Both the position numbers and the translations under genes were made by a program. Shown in pieces: positions 1 through 10,272 of a DNA stretch of 64,000 nucleotides. The DNA is taken from contig JALGSW010000002.1 in NCBI GenBank assembly GCA_029821635.1, positions 8,673 to 72,672 on the forward strand, read 5' to 3'. The first letter of the stretch is position 1. Every line of letters begins with the position of its first letter. The notes under the pieces are model-generated. The model made no database searches and was not told where the DNA came from. It saw nothing but the letters and a program-made list of their open reading frames with translations. The stretch comes from Candidatus Zipacnadia bacterium. Lineage in GTDB: Bacteria > Armatimonadota > Zipacnadia > Zipacnadales > UBA5352.

Positions 1-1
1 T

Positions 2-1825
2 TCGCCGCTGGCGGAGGGCGTCGATGCCGAGGCGAAGACGATCACGCTCGCCGCGGAACCGGAAGTCTGGCCGCCACGGACGTGGCGCAGTCGCGCCATG
101 CCGGGCAACACCGTGCGTATCGGCGACGAGCTGATCGACTACGTGGCCGAAGAGGTCGGTCCGCCCTTCCGGCTGACGGGCTGCATCCGCGGCGCGTACG
201 GAACGGTGGCCGCCGAGCACGCCGCCGGAGCACCCGTACGGGGGATGCTCAAACAATGGGGCTTCTTCCTCGTGCAGCCCGACAGCGAGCTGGCCGACCA
301 GCTCACGACCAACTTCGCCGAGCGCGTCAACACTCTCGGCCTCGACATGGTCTACTTCGACGCAAGCGAAGGCGCCGGGGAGCCCTACCACGATCAGGTG
401 TACTACCTGAACAAGATGCATACCGATTACTATCGCAAGTTCGACCACGATGTGCTCTATCAGACCTCGAACGGGACCGGCACGAATCTGAGCTGGCACA
501 TCATCCCGCGTAGCGCGTCGGCGGACGGCCACGGTGACATCAAGGGCTACCTCGACCAGCGCTGGCCGGGAATCCTCAGCCAGGCGAGGAACTGGACGCG
601 CTCGGACATCGGCTGGTACTACATGTTCAAGGACGTGCGTCCCGATCAGATCGAGTACGTGCGCGCGAAGGCCCTCGGCCTCGGCGCATCCATCTCCATC
701 GAGGCCTCGCGGGCGTCGCTGGAGGCGCTGCCGCTCGCGCGCAAGACCTTCGACATGCTGGCGCGCTACGAGCGCGCGCGACTGGCGGGCTACCCGCCGG
801 CCGAGGTCGCCGAGCAGATGCTCACGCCCGGCGAGGACTTCCGGCTCTTCGACGAGGATGGCGGCGAGTTCGCGCTCTACCGCGCGGTCTACGAGGAGCC
901 GCGGCGCGTTGATGTGCTGGACGGCGACCGCAACGCGTGGACGATCGCGAGCGAGGGTCCGTCGGTGCTGGGCGCGGAGATCGTGCGCGGGAACGAGACG
1001 GTCGCCGCGGCGGCCTACGACGACCCGAACGCGCTGACGCTGGCGGCGTTCGACGATCCGGCGCTTTGGCTGCCATCGGACACGAACCAGTTCGAGCAGT
1101 ACGTGCGCGGCGGGCAGAAGGAACTCACCGCCAATGGACCGGTGATGGCGGGCGTCACGCAGGAGCTGGCCGCCGCGGACGAGGTGAGGTTGGGTGACGG
1201 CGCGCTGCTGTGGAGCGCCACGGACACCGCACCGATGAACGGCTGGAGCGGCATCGGGAAGCGCTTCGAGCCGCTGCTGGACCTGACCGGCTACTCCGGG
1301 CTCGGGCTGTGGATCAACGGCGACGGGCTGGCTGAGGCGATCCGCGTGCAGCTCTGGGACGCGGAGGGGCGGCACGCGGAGAAGGTCCTGACCATCGACT
1401 TCAACGGCTGGAGCCTGCACACGTTCCCCATCGCCGGGAGCGCCGGCTTCGACCCGTCACGCGTGGAATACCTGGTCCTGTGCCTCAACAACATCTCGCG
1501 CGGCGCCACCGTGCAACTGACGATCGACGATATTCGCGCCATCCCCGACACCTCGGGCATCATGAACCTCGTGAACCCCGCGCTGGTGATCAACGGGACG
1601 CGCGTGGAGCTGCCGGTGACGCTTGAGCCGGGCCAGGCGATCAGCTTCGACGGTCCGGTCGGCGCGACGTTCTGGCCGGTCGGGATGGTCCCTGGCGAGC
1701 CGGTGAACGTGAACGCGGAGGCGTTCCGGCTGCGCCCGGGGGAGAACACGGTCACGCTCGAAGCCGACGGCGACTTCCCCGGCGATGTGCAGGTCATCCT
1801 GCATCACATGTGGCCGGTGGAGTAA
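2..1825 (+). CDS. hypothetical protein, C-terminal part (5' end outside window); possibly glycan-active
   Basis: The frame of ORF 98..1825 stays open back to nt 2 (SPLAEGVDAEAKTITLAAEPEVW...), so the gene enters the window truncated. Composition is coding-like. I can name no family motif. Confidence 0.6.
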   Translation, partial: SPLAEGVDAEAKTITLAAEPEVWPPRTWRSRAMPGNTVRIGDELIDYVAEEVGPPFRLTGCIRGAYGTVAAEHAAGAPVRGMLKQWGFFLVQPDSELADQLTTNFAERVNTLGLDMVYFDASEGAGEPYHDQVYYLNKMHTDYYRKFDHDVLYQTSNGTGTNLSWHIIPRSASADGHGDIKGYLDQRWPGILSQARNWTRSDIGWYYMFKDVRPDQIEYVRAKALGLGASISIEASRASLEALPLARKTFDMLARYERARLAGYPPAEVAEQMLTPGEDFRLFDEDGGEFALYRAVYEEPRRVDVLDGDRNAWTIASEGPSVLGAEIVRGNETVAAAAYDDPNALTLAAFDDPALWLPSDTNQFEQYVRGGQKELTANGPVMAGVTQELAAADEVRLGDGALLWSATDTAPMNGWSGIGKRFEPLLDLTGYSGLGLWINGDGLAEAIRVQLWDAEGRHAEKVLTIDFNGWSLHTFPIAGSAGFDPSRVEYLVLCLNNISRGATVQLTIDDIRAIPDTSGIMNLVNPALVINGTRVELPVTLEPGQAISFDGPVGATFWPVGMVPGEPVNVNAEAFRLRPGENTVTLEADGDFPGDVQVILHHMWPVE

Positions 1826-1938
1826 GCCGTGCCGTTGGAGGGGCCGCTCCGAGTGCGCAGCGCGAGGAGTGAGGCGCGCTAGCGCCGAAGCCGCTGTGCC
1901 GGCCTGTCGTTCTCAACAGCTAACAGGAGGTCCCTACG

Positions 1939-2697
1939 ATGAAGCAGGCACTCGTCTGGTGGTCGTTCGTCAACTCAAGCAGCTACTCGCCCGAGGAGGT
2001 CATGTCCGCCGCGAAGGAGATCGGCTACGACGCGATGGAGATGATGCAGCCCGAGCAGATCCCGATGGTCAAGGATCACGGGCTCGACGTCGCGCTGCTC
2101 ATCGGCCATGACTCGCTCGGCGATGGCATGAACAACCCGGAGAACCACGATCGCATCGCCGGCGAACTCAGCGCGAAGATCAAGATCGCGGCGGAGAACG
2201 ACGTGCCGGTCCTCTGCTGCTTCCCCGGCAACCGGCGCTTCGGACTGTCCGACATCAAGGGCGCGGAGTACTGTGCTGAGATCCTGGCGCGCATGGCGCC
2301 CGAGGCCGAGGACGCGGGCGTGACGCTGTGCATGGAGTTGCTCAACTCGAAGGTCGATCACGCCGGCTATCAGTGCGACAGCACCCCGTGGGGAGTGCAC
2401 GTCTGCCGGATGGTCGATTCGCCCGCGGTCAAGCTGCTCTACGATGTCTACCATATGCAGATCATGGAGGGCGACCTGATCCGCACGATCACGGAGAACA
2501 TTGAGTGGATCGGGCACTTCCACACCGGCGGCAACCCCGGCCGGGCTGACATCGATGACACGCAGGAGATCTACTACCCGCCGATCGCCCGCGCCACCGA
2601 CGAGAGCGGCTACACCGGCTACGTCTCGCACGAGTATACGCCCAAGGGCGACACCATCGAGTCCGCGCAGGCCGCGTTCGACATCTTCAGCGTCTGA
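1939..2697 (+). CDS. hydroxypyruvate isomerase-like / sugar phosphate isomerase-epimerase (xylose-isomerase-like TIM barrel)
   Basis: 252 aa with an AGGAGG RBS just upstream. Motifs LCMELLN, GHFHTGGNPGR and YVSHEY fit the Hyi/TIM-barrel isomerase family. Confidence 0.8.
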   Translation: MKQALVWWSFVNSSSYSPEEVMSAAKEIGYDAMEMMQPEQIPMVKDHGLDVALLIGHDSLGDGMNNPENHDRIAGELSAKIKIAAENDVPVLCCFPGNRRFGLSDIKGAEYCAEILARMAPEAEDAGVTLCMELLNSKVDHAGYQCDSTPWGVHVCRMVDSPAVKLLYDVYHMQIMEGDLIRTITENIEWIGHFHTGGNPGRADIDDTQEIYYPPIARATDESGYTGYVSHEYTPKGDTIESAQAAFDIFSV

Positions 2698-2738
2698 CGC
2701 GCAACCGGTCGTGACCTGACGCACCCGAGGTGACCGTG

Positions 2739-4628
2739 ATGCGTCGCACCTGTGTGTTCGCGTCCGCGCTGGCCCTGCTGCTCGCGGGAGGCTGCGGGGC
2801 GCGCGCGTCCGCGCAGGGCGTTGTCGTGACCGTGGACAGTTCCGTCCGGCACCAGACGATCCTCGGGTGGGGGAAGGCGACCCCATGGGCGCCCGCGCCC
2901 GAGCTCGCCACACAGATCGTGCTGCAGCGCTCGGTCGAGGACCTCGGCCTCACGCGCCTGCGCTACGAGCCGCCCGCGGGCAATCGGCCCGACCGGCGCG
3001 CGTGGGAGTGGGCCAACGACAACGATGACCCGCACTCGATCAACTGGGACGCGCTCTCGCTCGAGGCCCTCGATTGGCGCGCCCGTGACTGGATCGTGCC
3101 CTTCAAGCAAGCGGTCGAGGCGCGGGGCGAGCCCTTCAGCATCTACGTGAGCCCCTCGTTCTTCGACGGCGGCTCCAGCGGCTCCGTGCCGCCGTGGTAC
3201 CTGGCCGACCCCGAAGAGTATGCGGAGTTCGCCGAGTCGGTGCTGCTGCGCCTGCGCGATGAGCACGGCGTGGTTGCCGATCAGTACTGCATCTGCAACG
3301 AGGCGGGCAATCACAACGCGTTCACGCCCGCGGTGGTGGCGGCGATGATCCGTGCGACCGTGCCTCGCCTGCGCGAACGCGGCTTCCCGACGACGATCCA
3401 GTTCCCCGAGAGCATCAACGTGAACGTCGCGCTCAACTACATCGGCCGGCTGGAGGGACAGGCGGACCTGTGGCCCGCGATCGGCCTGATCAGCTACCAC
3501 CTCTACGGCTCGACCGACCGGCTGGCGGAGCTGCGGGAGCTCGCCTTCGCTCGCGGCCTGCCCACCGCGCAGACCGAGTTCATGAACCTGAAGATCGACC
3601 ACCTCTACCAGGACCTGACGGTCGGCGGCGTCTCGTACTGGGAGATCTACGGCCTCGCCAGCCCGGACTACCAGCACCTCGCTGGGGGGATCAGTGGCGA
3701 CAGTTTCCGCGGCGGCAATCGGTGGTGGCAGTTCCGCCAGGTGCTGCACTACGTGCGACCGGGTGCGGTGCGCATCGAGGTCGGCTGCAGTGATCCAGCC
3801 GTGCGGGCGCTGGCCTTCGACGATGATGGCGCGGTCACGGTGGTGCTCATCAACACCGCGACCCCGCCCCTGGAGCGCGAGGTCTCAGTCAGTGGCCTGC
3901 CGCCGGGCCTCTACGGCACCAGCCGCACCGTTGGCTCCGGGCCCTACGCCGAGGGCAGTGCGCTGCAGGTCGGCGCGGACGGCGTCTGCAGGCTGACGCT
4001 CGCGGCCAACAGTGTCTCTACGCTCTACCCGCGCGAGGCGGTGAACCTGCCGCCGACCGTCACCGCTTGGCGGGCGAAGCCGAGCTGCCTGCACGCGCCG
4101 GAGGACACCGTCACGCTCTCCTGCGCGGCGACCGACCCGGACGGCGACGCGCTCGCGAGTGCGTGGAGCGTGGTCTCGCAGCCGGAGGGGGCCGCGGCGA
4201 GCATCGAGGCGCCCGATCAGGCCACGACGCGCGCTTCGGGGCTGTCCGTGCCGGGCGAGTATGTTTTCACGGTCACGGTCAGCGACGGCGCGCACAGCGT
4301 CGAGCGGCGGCTGATGGCGCCGGTCTTCGCCGGGAACCAGCCGCCGGTGCTGGTGGATGTGCATAACCGGATCCCGGTGCGCGTGACGGTGCGCGATGCG
4401 AAGACGCTGCTGCGCGGCGGTGCGCGCGACGTCGAGGGGGATGCGCTGAGCTTCCGCTGGAGCGTGGTCACCGTGCCGGAGGGCGCGGAGGTGTCGCTGG
4501 AAGCGCAGGAGGGGGCGGCATGGCAGGCGACGGGCCTCACGATCCCGGGCGACTACGTCTTCCGCCTCGAGGCATCGGACGCCGAGCACACAGTCGCGGA
4601 GGAGTTGACGGTGCCGGTAACGGACTGA
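2739..4628 (+). CDS. secreted glycoside hydrolase, clan GH-A (GH30-like) catalytic domain with two C-terminal PKD/Ig-like repeats
   Basis: Signal peptide MRRTCVFASALALLLAGGC. A GAGGTGA RBS lies before the ATG at 2739; the ORF track starts at GTG 2730. Candidate acid/base is CNEAG and candidate nucleophile is AQTEFMN, in a TIM-barrel-like spacing. The C-terminus holds repeated Ig-like modules. Confidence 0.7.
   Translation: MRRTCVFASALALLLAGGCGARASAQGVVVTVDSSVRHQTILGWGKATPWAPAPELATQIVLQRSVEDLGLTRLRYEPPAGNRPDRRAWEWANDNDDPHSINWDALSLEALDWRARDWIVPFKQAVEARGEPFSIYVSPSFFDGGSSGSVPPWYLADPEEYAEFAESVLLRLRDEHGVVADQYCICNEAGNHNAFTPAVVAAMIRATVPRLRERGFPTTIQFPESINVNVALNYIGRLEGQADLWPAIGLISYHLYGSTDRLAELRELAFARGLPTAQTEFMNLKIDHLYQDLTVGGVSYWEIYGLASPDYQHLAGGISGDSFRGGNRWWQFRQVLHYVRPGAVRIEVGCSDPAVRALAFDDDGAVTVVLINTATPPLEREVSVSGLPPGLYGTSRTVGSGPYAEGSALQVGADGVCRLTLAANSVSTLYPREAVNLPPTVTAWRAKPSCLHAPEDTVTLSCAATDPDGDALASAWSVVSQPEGAAASIEAPDQATTRASGLSVPGEYVFTVTVSDGAHSVERRLMAPVFAGNQPPVLVDVHNRIPVRVTVRDAKTLLRGGARDVEGDALSFRWSVVTVPEGAEVSLEAQEGAAWQATGLTIPGDYVFRLEASDAEHTVAEELTVPVTD
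4050..4625 (+). repeat. two tandem 96-aa PKD/Ig-like coding repeats inside CDS 2739..4628
   Basis: Unit 1 is 4050-4337 and unit 2 is 4338-4625. Shared pattern: D..GDAL...WSVV..PEGA......(Q/E)......GL..PG(E/D)YVF...(V/A)SD..H. Confidence 0.75.
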
Positions 4629-4661
4629 CAGCGCCCCATGCACCCATTCGCCGCAAACAGG

Positions 4662-4690
4662 TTGCGGTTCGGCACGCCATGTGCTACAAT
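4662..4690 (+). promoter_or_regulatory. sigma70-like promoter for rpmE
   Basis: TTGCGG (4662-4667), a 17-nt spacer, then TACAAT (4685-4690). It sits about 85 nt upstream of the rpmE ATG. Confidence 0.5.
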
Positions 4691-4696
4691 TATATG

Positions 4697-4727
4697 CCCA
4701 CGACCCGGATACCATGCGGGTCGTGGG
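4697..4727 (+). promoter_or_regulatory. rpmE 5' leader hairpin (possible autoregulatory element)
   Basis: A perfect 11-bp stem, CCCACGACCCG / CGGGTCGTGGG, with a 9-nt loop. It lies between the putative -10 box and the rpmE RBS. Confidence 0.45.
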
Positions 4728-4775
4728 TTGTTGCGCATATCCATCGACCGCGGAGCGGTCGGGAGGACTTAGAAC

Positions 4776-4997
4776 ATGAAGCCTGACATCCATCCGGATT
4801 ACGTTGACACGAAGGTCATCTGCGCCTGCGGCGAGAGCTTCCAGACGCGCTCGACCAAACCCGAGATCAAGGTGGAAACCTGCAGCCAGTGTCATCCGTT
4901 CTACACCGGCAAGCAGAAGATGATGGACACCGAGGGACGCGTCGAGAAGTTCATCAAGCGCTACGGGCTGCAGGAGCAGTACAAGGACGAGGAGTAG
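4776..4997 (+). CDS. rpmE: 50S ribosomal protein L31 (Zn-ribbon type A)
   Basis: 73 aa: MKPDIHPDY...CACG...[13 protein letters not shown]. Both cysteine pairs are present and a GGGAGG RBS lies upstream. Confidence 0.97.
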   Translation: MKPDIHPDYVDTKVICACGESFQTRSTKPEIKVETCSQCHPFYTGKQKMMDTEGRVEKFIKRYGLQEQYKDEE

Positions 4998-5020
4998 CCC
5001 CGTCCGACCGCATCTATCCT

Positions 5021-5047
5021 GACCTCAGCCCCGCGTGGGCTGAGGTC
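5021..5047 (+). terminator. stem-loop after rpmE (terminator or processing hairpin; no T-tract)
   Basis: GACCTCAGCC / GGCTGAGGTC forms a perfect 10-bp stem with a 7-nt loop, 24 nt after the rpmE stop. No U-run follows. Confidence 0.4.
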
Positions 5048-5065
5048 GGCCACTTAAAGGGCGCC

Positions 5066-6163
5066 ATGAGCGAGGAGAAGCACTTCTACGGTGGTCAGGC
5101 CGTCCTCGAGGGCGTGATGATGCGCTCGAAGACGGCATACGCCACGGCGGTGCGGCGGATCGACGGCAGCATCATCATCGGCATGCGCACCCTCAACACG
5201 TGGAGCCAGCGCTTCGGCTGGGCGAGGTGGCCGCTGCTGCGCGGCAACGTCGCGATGGTCGATTCGCTGACGATGGGACTCGAGTCGCTGACCTTCTCCG
5301 GCAACGTAGCGCTCGAGGATGAGGCGCAGCATCGCGAGCCCGATCGCACGCAGACCGAGGCCGAGAAGCAGACGCGTGAGATTGCGGCCACCGACGCGAA
5401 GGAGAGCAGCCTCGGTGAGAAGGCGCTCTGGCTGACCGTCCTCCCCGCGATGGCGTTCGGGATCGGCCTGTTCGTGCTCCTGCCCGCGTGGGCGGTAGAC
5501 TGGTTCATGGGCGCCAAGGTCGAGTCACTCACCGGCGACTTCCACCAGGTGCTGCTGCGCAACCTCTTCGAGGGCGGGCTGCGCCTGCTGGCAATCACGG
5601 GCTACATCGCCGCGATCTCGCTGCTTCCCTACGTCCGGCGCGTCTTCGAGTACCACGGCGCTGAGCACGCGACCATCAACGCCTTCGAGGATGCCGGCGA
5701 GGTCAGCGTCTCGTCGGCGATGGCGAACTCCCCGCTCCACCCGCGCTGTGGAACGGCGTTCCTGCTCGTGGTGATCCTCGTGAAGATCATCGTGGGCTGC
5801 TTCCTCGGCTGGCCGACGCTGTGGCTGCGGTTGCTGCTGCGGCTGGCCGTCCTGCCGCCGATCGCGGGGATCGCCTACGAGATCATCTACCTCGCGGGCC
5901 GCAACCGCGGGTCGCTGCTGGAGAAGCTGCTCGCCGGACCGGGGCTGCTCATGCAGAAGCTCACGACGCGGCGGGCCGATGAGGAGCAGGTCGAGACCGC
6001 GATCTACGCGCTCGCGGCGGTCGCGCCCGAGGTCAATCTGCCGGCGAGCTTCGACGAGCCCGAGGTGGTCGGCATCGGCCGCGGCGGGGAGATCGTCCGC
6101 CGCGCGAAGACGCCCGAAAGCGAGACAACCCAAGACGTGGAGTCGGAGGCAGTCCTGACGTAG
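5066..6163 (+). CDS. DUF1385 domain-containing membrane protein
   Basis: MSEEKHFYGGQAVLEGVMMRS is the hallmark DUF1385 N-terminus. The ORF-track start at 4889 overlaps rpmE and is rejected. The rpmE/DUF1385/prfA/prmC order is a conserved synteny. Confidence 0.85.
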   Translation: MSEEKHFYGGQAVLEGVMMRSKTAYATAVRRIDGSIIIGMRTLNTWSQRFGWARWPLLRGNVAMVDSLTMGLESLTFSGNVALEDEAQHREPDRTQTEAEKQTREIAATDAKESSLGEKALWLTVLPAMAFGIGLFVLLPAWAVDWFMGAKVESLTGDFHQVLLRNLFEGGLRLLAITGYIAAISLLPYVRRVFEYHGAEHATINAFEDAGEVSVSSAMANSPLHPRCGTAFLLVVILVKIIVGCFLGWPTLWLRLLLRLAVLPPIAGIAYEIIYLAGRNRGSLLEKLLAGPGLLMQKLTTRRADEEQVETAIYALAAVAPEVNLPASFDEPEVVGIGRGGEIVRRAKTPESETTQDVESEAVLT

Positions 6164-6202
6164 CCGAGACGAGCCCTGATTCAGCGATGGTCCTGGAGAG
6201 CA

Positions 6203-7288
<1,086 letters not shown>

Positions 7289-7300
7289 CGCGGCCCCCCC

Positions 7301-8173
7301 ATGAAGCTCAGAGATGCCATCAATGACGCGCGCACCCGCCTCGATGAGGCCGGTGTGCCTGAGGCTGAGTTCGACGCCCGCGCGCTCGCCGCGCACGTGC
7401 TGCGACTGCGCCTGTCGCAGCTCGCGATGCAGCAGGAGCGAATGCTCACCGGCGACGAACTGGCTGCCTTCGACACGCTGGTCACCTGCCGCGCCCGGCG
7501 CGAGCCGCTGCAGTACCTCCTCGGCAGCACGGGCTTCTACGGTCGTGAGTTCGTCTGCGACCCCCGCGCGCTGATCCCGCGCCCCGATACCGAGGCGCTC
7601 GTGGACGTGTCGCTGGAGCTGATCGAGGAACTCGGGCTGCGCGTTGCGGTGGACGTCGGCACCGGCAGCGGCGTGATCGCCGTGACGCTCGCCGCGGAGG
7701 TCGAGGGCCTTGAGGTGCTGGCGACGGACAGCTCCGAAGACGCGCTGGCGCTGGCTGCAGAGAACGTGCGCCGGCACGCGCTCGACTCGCGCGTGACACT
7801 CGCGCAGGGCCGATGGCTCGATCCCGCACTCGACGAGGCGTGGGTGCAACGCGTGGAGATGGTCGTCAGCAATCCGCCCTACATCCGCGCGGACGAGTTT
7901 GAGGCGCTGATGCCCGAGATCGTCAAGCATGAGCCGCGCGAGGCGCTGGTGGACACTGAGCCCGACGGGATCGGCTCGTACCGCGCGATCGTGGAGCAGT
8001 GCACGTCGCTGCCGCGGCTGCAGGCCGTGGCGTTCGAGGTGGGGGAGGGCCAGGCGACGCAGGTCGCGGAGCTAATGCGCGAGGCGCTCAGGGCGCGCGA
8101 GATCATCATCCGCAAGGACCTCGGCAAGATCGACCGCGTGGTCGCCGCCGTGGTGGGGATCGGTGAGCGGTGA
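7301..8173 (+). CDS. prmC: release factor glutamine N5-methyltransferase
   Basis: It has a SAM motif (VDVGTGSGVIAV) and the NPPY motif (VVSNPPYI), and sits immediately downstream of prfA. Confidence 0.93.
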   Translation: MKLRDAINDARTRLDEAGVPEAEFDARALAAHVLRLRLSQLAMQQERMLTGDELAAFDTLVTCRARREPLQYLLGSTGFYGREFVCDPRALIPRPDTEALVDVSLELIEELGLRVAVDVGTGSGVIAVTLAAEVEGLEVLATDSSEDALALAAENVRRHALDSRVTLAQGRWLDPALDEAWVQRVEMVVSNPPYIRADEFEALMPEIVKHEPREALVDTEPDGIGSYRAIVEQCTSLPRLQAVAFEVGEGQATQVAELMREALRAREIIIRKDLGKIDRVVAAVVGIGER

Positions 8174-8835
8174 ACGGCCCGCGCGTCGTGAGCGTCTCAC
8201 AGTCGGGCATCGACGCGGCTGCCTCGGAGGCGGCCGAAGCCCTCGCCGCCGGCGGGCTGGTGGTGATGCCGACGGACACCGTCTACGGGCTGGCGGCGTC
8301 GCTGCAGCGGCCCGAGGCCATCAGGGCGATCTTCGACGCCAAGCACAGGCCGGCGGAGATGGCGCTGCCGGTGCTCGTGGCTTCTGCGGAGGACGCCGAG
8401 CGGCTCGTGCCGGGGGAACTGGAGGCGCATGAAGAGCTGCTGCGGCGCTGGTGGCCGGGCGCGCTGACGGTGATCGTCGCAACATCAACGCGGATCCCGC
8501 GCGAGGTCACGGCCGGAGGCGCCACGGTGGGCCTGCGCCAGCCGGACAGCGCGGTCGCGGAGGCGATTCTGCGCGCGGCCGGGGGAGCGCTGGCCGTCAC
8601 AAGTGCGAACATCTCCGGCGACCCGCCCGCGTGTGAAGTCGCCGATCTACCCGATGAGCTGCTGCGCCACGTTGCGGTCGTGATCGACGGTGGCCGCGGA
8701 CACAGACGCGGACCATGCCCCGGAGGCGCCGCCTCGACGGTCCTCGATCTGAGCAGCGACCCGCCCCGCGTGCTGCGTGAGGGGCCGGTTGCCGCCGCAC
8801 AACTACGCACGCTCCTGCCGGGCCTCGTTGTCTGA
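8170..8835 (+). CDS. tsaC: L-threonylcarbamoyladenylate synthase (YrdC/TsaC-type)
   Basis: 221 aa with YrdC-fold motifs (VVMPTDTVYGLAA, VTSANISG, STVLDL). The GTG start overlaps the prmC stop (GTGA). Confidence 0.85.
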   Translation: MNGPRVVSVSQSGIDAAASEAAEALAAGGLVVMPTDTVYGLAASLQRPEAIRAIFDAKHRPAEMALPVLVASAEDAERLVPGELEAHEELLRRWWPGALTVIVATSTRIPREVTAGGATVGLRQPDSAVAEAILRAAGGALAVTSANISGDPPACEVADLPDELLRHVAVVIDGGRGHRRGPCPGGAASTVLDLSSDPPRVLREGPVAAAQLRTLLPGLVV

Positions 8836-8985
8836 CCCGTCACGAACGGCGGTTCTACAGGATGCACAGAATGGACAGGATGAAGGGCAACGGCCCTGCC
8901 GTTATCCCTTGCGTCCCTTCCATCCTGCAACCGTTGTTGTTCCCGCCGCCACATCAACGCGCTACACCGACAGGACAGGTGACCC

Positions 8986-10053
8986 ATGAAGGTAGGATTC
9001 CTTGGCTTCCCCGGCAGCGGGAAGACCACACTGTTCAACGTCGTGACCGGCCGCCAGCCCGATGCCGACCAGCCCGGGAGGCCGATGAGTCCGGTGGCGG
9101 TCGTGAGGGTCCCGGATGACCGCCTGCACAGGCTCGCCGAGATACTTCGGTCGGAGGAGATCATCCAGCCCGAGATGACCTTCGTGGACCTTGCGCCCCT
9201 CCACCGCGACAACGGTGCCGGCGGCCAGTGCGACAGCCTGATGAAGCTCGTTGGCGATGCGGCCGCCCTCGCGCTGGTGATCCAGTGCTTCGGCGAGTTC
9301 GACGCCGAGGGTAAGCCGCTGGGCCCTGCGGGCGACCTCGAGTCGCTGCTGCTGGAGATGACGATCACCGACCTGACCGTCGTCGAGGGCCGCCTTGAGC
9401 GCATCGAGGCGGAGATGAAGTCGGCGCGCGACAAGAGCAGCGCCGAGCGAGTGGTGCTCCAGCGCGTCGCCGAGCACCTTGGCGAGGGGAAGCTGGTCGC
9501 CGACTTTGAGATGAGCCACGAAGAGGCGCTGATCCTCCGCGGCTTCAGCCTGCTCACGAGCAAGCCGCTGCTGGTGGTGCTCAACGTCGCCGAGGACGAC
9601 CTCGAAGGTGCGCGCTGCCGGGGAGCCGCGAAGGTCGCGGAGTCGATGGGGCTGCAGTACGAGATCATCGCGGCCACGCTGGAGCAGGAGATCGCCGCGC
9701 TCGATGAGGAGATGCGCGACGCCTTCCTCGCCGACTACGGCCTGGAGCGGCCCGCGCGCGACCGCTTCATCCGCGCCTGCTACGACCTGCTCGGCGTCAT
9801 CACGTTCTTCACCGGCGATCACAAGGAAGCGCACGGCTGGACGATCGAGGGCAAGAGGACTGTGCGCGACGCCGGCGGGAAGATCCACTCGGACATCTAC
9901 GACGGCTTCATCCGCGCGGAGATCTCGCCCTTCGCCAAGCTCGACGAGCTGGGCTCCTTCGCCGCCTGCCGCCAGGCCGGGGTGATCCGGCTGGAGGGTC
10001 GCGACTACCTCACCGAGGATGGCGACTACCTCGACATCCGCTTCAGCCGGTAA
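8986..10053 (+). CDS. YchF/OLA1-like P-loop ATPase with TGS-like C-terminus, paralog 1
   Basis: 355 aa. P-loop is GFPGSGKTTLFN, the G4-like motif is LNVAEDD, and the C-terminus reads IHSDIYDGFIRAEI...RLEGRDY. It is collinear with 12553..13620. Confidence 0.8.
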   Translation: MKVGFLGFPGSGKTTLFNVVTGRQPDADQPGRPMSPVAVVRVPDDRLHRLAEILRSEEIIQPEMTFVDLAPLHRDNGAGGQCDSLMKLVGDAAALALVIQCFGEFDAEGKPLGPAGDLESLLLEMTITDLTVVEGRLERIEAEMKSARDKSSAERVVLQRVAEHLGEGKLVADFEMSHEEALILRGFSLLTSKPLLVVLNVAEDDLEGARCRGAAKVAESMGLQYEIIAATLEQEIAALDEEMRDAFLADYGLERPARDRFIRACYDLLGVITFFTGDHKEAHGWTIEGKRTVRDAGGKIHSDIYDGFIRAEISPFAKLDELGSFAACRQAGVIRLEGRDYLTEDGDYLDIRFSR

Positions 10054-10099
10054 CGGCGGGGAACGGAGAACATGGAATAGGCAGGAGGACGGCGACGTG

Positions 10100-10128
10100 G
10101 TGCGGACGCCCCCGTCCGCACGTTGTTC
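10100..10128 (+). terminator. intrinsic terminator-like hairpin after ychF-like paralog 1
   Basis: GTGCGGACG / CGTCCGCAC forms a 9-bp stem with a CCCC loop, followed by GTTGTTCG. Confidence 0.55.
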
Positions 10129-10272
10129 GCGACTGCAACGGCAACGACCGACGGGCGGGACGCCCGTCGCACGGGTAGGTCGAACTCCTCACCGTGGCCT
10201 TCGGAGGAACTGTGTGTGCTCCCGCCGAATTGCGTGACAGCAGCACACTCTGGCCGGGAGAGGTGGTCACCC

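Noticed and set aside
4889-5065. N-terminal extensions proposed by the ORF track at starts 4889, 10123, 18659, 19525, 24715, 26189, 30957, 35562, 47500, 54049, 56506, 61445 and 61650.
   Set aside because: The extensions overlap upstream genes or divergent promoters and are Arg-rich and non-homologous. In each case an internal ATG with a Shine-Dalgarno sequence yields the conserved family N-terminus or a proper signal peptide.
8283-9677. Very long ORFs antisense or out of frame to confidently identified genes. Examples: 8283..9677 (-), 15905..17293 (-), 31317..33557 (-), 40453..41988 (-), 49387..51246 (-), 58459..61494 (+), 24919..26301 (-).
   Set aside because: In GC-rich DNA, stop codons are rare in the non-coding frames. 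These translations are Arg/Ala/Pro/Gly-rich low-complexity strings with no motifs. Each one overlaps a gene with strong family signatures on the other strand or in another frame.
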